This document shows, one piece after another, positions 29,524 to 32,000 of a DNA stretch of 32,000 nucleotides. The notes beneath the pieces are model-generated. The model saw nothing but the letters and a program-made list of their open reading frames with translations. It was not told where the DNA came from and ran no database searches. The stretch is from Demequinaceae bacterium (GTDB taxonomy: Bacteria; Actinomycetota; Actinomycetes; Actinomycetales; Demequinaceae): NCBI GenBank assembly GCA_965250005.1, contig OZ252279.1, positions 750,001-782,000 on the forward strand. Reading direction: 5' to 3'. The first letter of the stretch is position 1, and each line of letters opens with the position of its first letter. The position numbers were made by a program, and so were the translations under genes.

Positions 29524-30321
29524 ATGAACCCCACTCCGGCGCAAGAGGCGAGCGACGCGATGATGCGCGTCGCTGCGCTGTCGCCGGACGATCGGGCGAG
29601 CACGTCGCGCAAGCGCGGCGGCGCCTCACGGGTCCAGATTCTCACGTTGCTGCAGGCATCCCAGGATGATCTGTCGGTCGAGGAGCTCAGCGAGGACTCC
29701 GGGCTGCACGTCAACACCATTCGTGGCCACATCGACGTTCTGCTGGCTGGCGGGCACGTGGAGTCCGTCCAAGCCGAGCCGCAGGGGCGAGGGCGCCCCA
29801 AGCTCAAGTACCGCGCGGTTCCCAACCCGGACTCTCCCTACGAGGACCTGTCGCGAGCTCTCGGCGCCACACTCACCGACGCCCAAAGTGCAGAGCTAGC
29901 GCGCCAAGCCGCGGCACGGTGGGCTGAACAGATCCCACCGGTCGCGCCGGCGGACACGCCTGACGAAGCCGTCGACCAAGCCGCTGACGCACTCCGGGGC
30001 GCGGGTTTCGCGGCCGCCATATCGCCACTAGGCGACAGCATTACGCTCGGCTCGTGCCCGTACGCAGAACTGGTTGCCGAACACCCGATTATCTGCGACA
30101 TCCACACGGAGTTGCTCTCGAGCATCCTGGAGGACACCAAACAAGACGTGGCCGTCGCGGGCGTCGATGTGTGGGTCAAGCCCGGCGTCTGCCAAGCGCG
30201 CCTGACCCGCGTCGACCTCTCGCCCACCCGAACCGCGACGCCCGGCGCGCTTGATGGCGCCAAACCAGATTTGAAAGAATCGTCAACACCAGCACCGTCA
30301 ACCGATAAGGACCCATCATGA
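29524..30321 (+). CDS. HTH transcriptional regulator (COG2345/SufR-like), putative Fe-S-binding
   Basis: Winged-HTH region RVQILTLLQASQDDLSVEELSEDSGLHVNTIRGHIDVLLAGGHVESVQAEPQGRGRPKLKYRAV; C-terminal SCPYAELVAEHPIICDIHTELLSSIL...VKPGVCQARL (C-x12-C-x31-C). Confidence 0.82.
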   Translation: MNPTPAQEASDAMMRVAALSPDDRASTSRKRGGASRVQILTLLQASQDDLSVEELSEDSGLHVNTIRGHIDVLLAGGHVESVQAEPQGRGRPKLKYRAVPNPDSPYEDLSRALGATLTDAQSAELARQAAARWAEQIPPVAPADTPDEAVDQAADALRGAGFAAAISPLGDSITLGSCPYAELVAEHPIICDIHTELLSSILEDTKQDVAVAGVDVWVKPGVCQARLTRVDLSPTRTATPGALDGAKPDLKESSTPAPSTDKDPS

Positions 30322-32000
30322 CCGCAGTCGAGGAAAACACCGGAAAGATCGCCGGCGACTTCCTGGTGAAGGCAGGCCGCTTCTTCACCCCAGGCGTCAC
30401 ATCGCCCGACCTGCGCACGGTGACCCGTGAGGGCGGGCGCGAGGCCGACTCGTTCTATCGCGACCGGTGGAGCCACGACAAGATCGTGCGCAGCACGCAC
30501 GGCGTGAACTGCACGGGATCCTGCTCGTGGAAGGTGTACGTCAAGGACGGCGTCATCACGTGGGAGACGCAGCAAACCGACTACCCGAGCGTTGGACCCG
30601 ACAGCCCGGAGTACGAGCCCCGCGGGTGCCCGCGCGGCGCCGCCTTCTCCTGGTACACGTACTCCCCCACGCGCGTGCGCTACCCCTACGTGCGCGGAGT
30701 CCTACTCGAGGAGTACCGCGCGAAGAAGGCGCAGCACCCCGATCCCATCGACGCGTGGGCTGCCCTCCAAGCCGACCCCGAGGCTCGCGCGCGCTACCAG
30801 ATCGCCCGCGGCAAGGGTGGACTAGTCCGCGCTTCATGGGGTGAAGCCCTGGAAATCGCCGCCGCTGCCCACGTCCACACCATCAAGGAGCACGGCCCAG
30901 ACCGCGTGTTCGGCTTCTCTCCCATCCCCGCAATGTCGATGGCGTCGCACGCGGCCGGCGGTCGTTTCATCAGCATGCTCGGCGGCTCGATGCTGTCGTT
31001 CTACGACTGGTACTGCGACCTCCCCATCGCGTCGCCCCAGGTGTTCGGCGACCAGACGGACGTCCCCGAATCCGCAGACTGGTGGAACGCGTCCTACCTG
31101 ATCATGTGGGGCGCGAACGTCCCCGTGACCCGCACCCCCGACGCCCACTTCATGGCCGAGGCCCGCTATCGCGGCCAAAAAGTTGTCACCGTCTCGCCCG
31201 ACTACGCCGACAACACCAAGTTCGCCGACGAGTGGATGAGCCCCCACCCCGGCACCGACGGCGCACTAGCGATGGCCATGGGCCACGTGCTCCTCAAGGA
31301 GTTCTACGTGGACCGCCAGGTGCCGCGCTTCGTCGAATACGTCAAGCAGTACAGCGACCTGCCGTTCCTGGTGAGCCTGCGCGAGAAGGACGGCGCGTGG
31401 GTGCCGGACAAGTTCGTCACCGCCGCAGACCTAGGCGACAAGAGCGAAAACGCCGAGTTCAAGACGGTGCTAATCGATTCGAAAACCGGCAAGCCCGCGG
31501 TGCCCAACGGATCGCTCGGCTTCCGGTTTGGCGAGGAGGGCGAGGGCAAATGGAATCTCGACCTCGAAGGCGTGGACCCCGCACTGTCGATGTACAAGGC
31601 GAAGGGCACAGAGACCGCCGAGGTCCTCCTGCCGCGCTTCGACCTAGCCCAGGAAAAGAACGAAGGTGGCGGCGTGCACCACCGCGGCGTCCCCGCGGGC
31701 CGCCTCAAGACCAAGAACGGCGAACGCCTGGTCACCACCGTTTTCGACCTCACTCTCGCGCAGTACGGCGTGGGCCGTGACGGACTGCCAGGCGAATGGC
31801 CCAAGGACTACGACGACCCGGCCCCGTACACGCCTGCGTGGCAGGAGGGCATCACCGGCGTCCCCGCCGAGACCGCGGCGCGTATCGGCCGCGAGTTCGC
31901 GCAGAACGCCGAGGACTCGGGTGGCCGCTCGATGATCATCCTTGGCGCAGGAACCAACCACTGGTTCCACTCCGACGAGATCTATCGGACGTTCCTCGCG
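30318..32000 (+). CDS. narG: Respiratory nitrate reductase alpha subunit, 3'-truncated by the window edge
   Basis: FYRDRWSHDKIVRSTHGVNCTGSCSWKVYVKDGVITWETQQTDYPSVGPDSPEYEPRGCPRGAAFSWYTYSPTRVRYPYVRGVLL. This includes the HxxxCxxxC...C Fe-S ligand set. ATG overlaps the regulator TGA. Confidence 0.97.
   Translation, partial: MTAVEENTGKIAGDFLVKAGRFFTPGVTSPDLRTVTREGGREADSFYRDRWSHDKIVRSTHGVNCTGSCSWKVYVKDGVITWETQQTDYPSVGPDSPEYEPRGCPRGAAFSWYTYSPTRVRYPYVRGVLLEEYRAKKAQHPDPIDAWAALQADPEARARYQIARGKGGLVRASWGEALEIAAAAHVHTIKEHGPDRVFGFSPIPAMSMASHAAGGRFISMLGGSMLSFYDWYCDLPIASPQVFGDQTDVPESADWWNASYLIMWGANVPVTRTPDAHFMAEARYRGQKVVTVSPDYADNTKFADEWMSPHPGTDGALAMAMGHVLLKEFYVDRQVPRFVEYVKQYSDLPFLVSLREKDGAWVPDKFVTAADLGDKSENAEFKTVLIDSKTGKPAVPNGSLGFRFGEEGEGKWNLDLEGVDPALSMYKAKGTETAEVLLPRFDLAQEKNEGGGVHHRGVPAGRLKTKNGERLVTTVFDLTLAQYGVGRDGLPGEWPKDYDDPAPYTPAWQEGITGVPAETAARIGREFAQNAEDSGGRSMIILGAGTNHWFHSDEIYRTFLA

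Noticed and set aside
29398-29524. FNR-type site (TTGAT-N4-ATCAA) for nar regulation
   Set aside because: Looked for on both strands and no credible match was found.

Overview
This is a 32 kb, high-GC chromosomal window with actinobacterial-type gene content. The left and centre are mostly housekeeping genes: leuA, era, a CNNM/CorC-type protein, ybeY, phoH, a HIT protein, dnaJ and hrcA on the minus strand; a plus-strand trio of small DUF4870-like membrane proteins; hemW and lepA (minus); a PAS-GGDEF-EAL protein coupled to a PemK/MazF-like protein, then rpsT (plus); and holA, comEC, comEA, a DegV-family gene and leuS (minus). The right end is a nitrate-respiration/molybdenum cluster: modA-modB (plus), two tandem narK genes (minus), and a divergent HTH regulator with a SufR-like Cys motif overlapping the start of narG, which runs off the window. 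I found no CRISPR array, tRNA/rRNA, transposase or obvious defence island. The signals most worth follow-up are: (1) a 16-codon leucine-rich leader ORF (MRAPQLSLLLRCRDEA) followed by mutually exclusive hairpins upstream of leuA, which looks like ribosome-mediated attenuation; (2) a putative Fe-S regulator in the nar cluster, with a 20-bp operator-like dyad over a candidate narK promoter; (3) two narK genes in the same frame, separated by one amber stop and one codon; (4) a CIRCE element upstream of hrcA-dnaJ; (5) two near-identical leaderless-start contexts (TARAGTGGCGAMATG); (6) a split signal-peptide/mature-protein frame in a secreted protein next to leuA; (7) modAB without an adjacent modC. 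All family assignments come from reading protein sequence and motifs. No database search was run.
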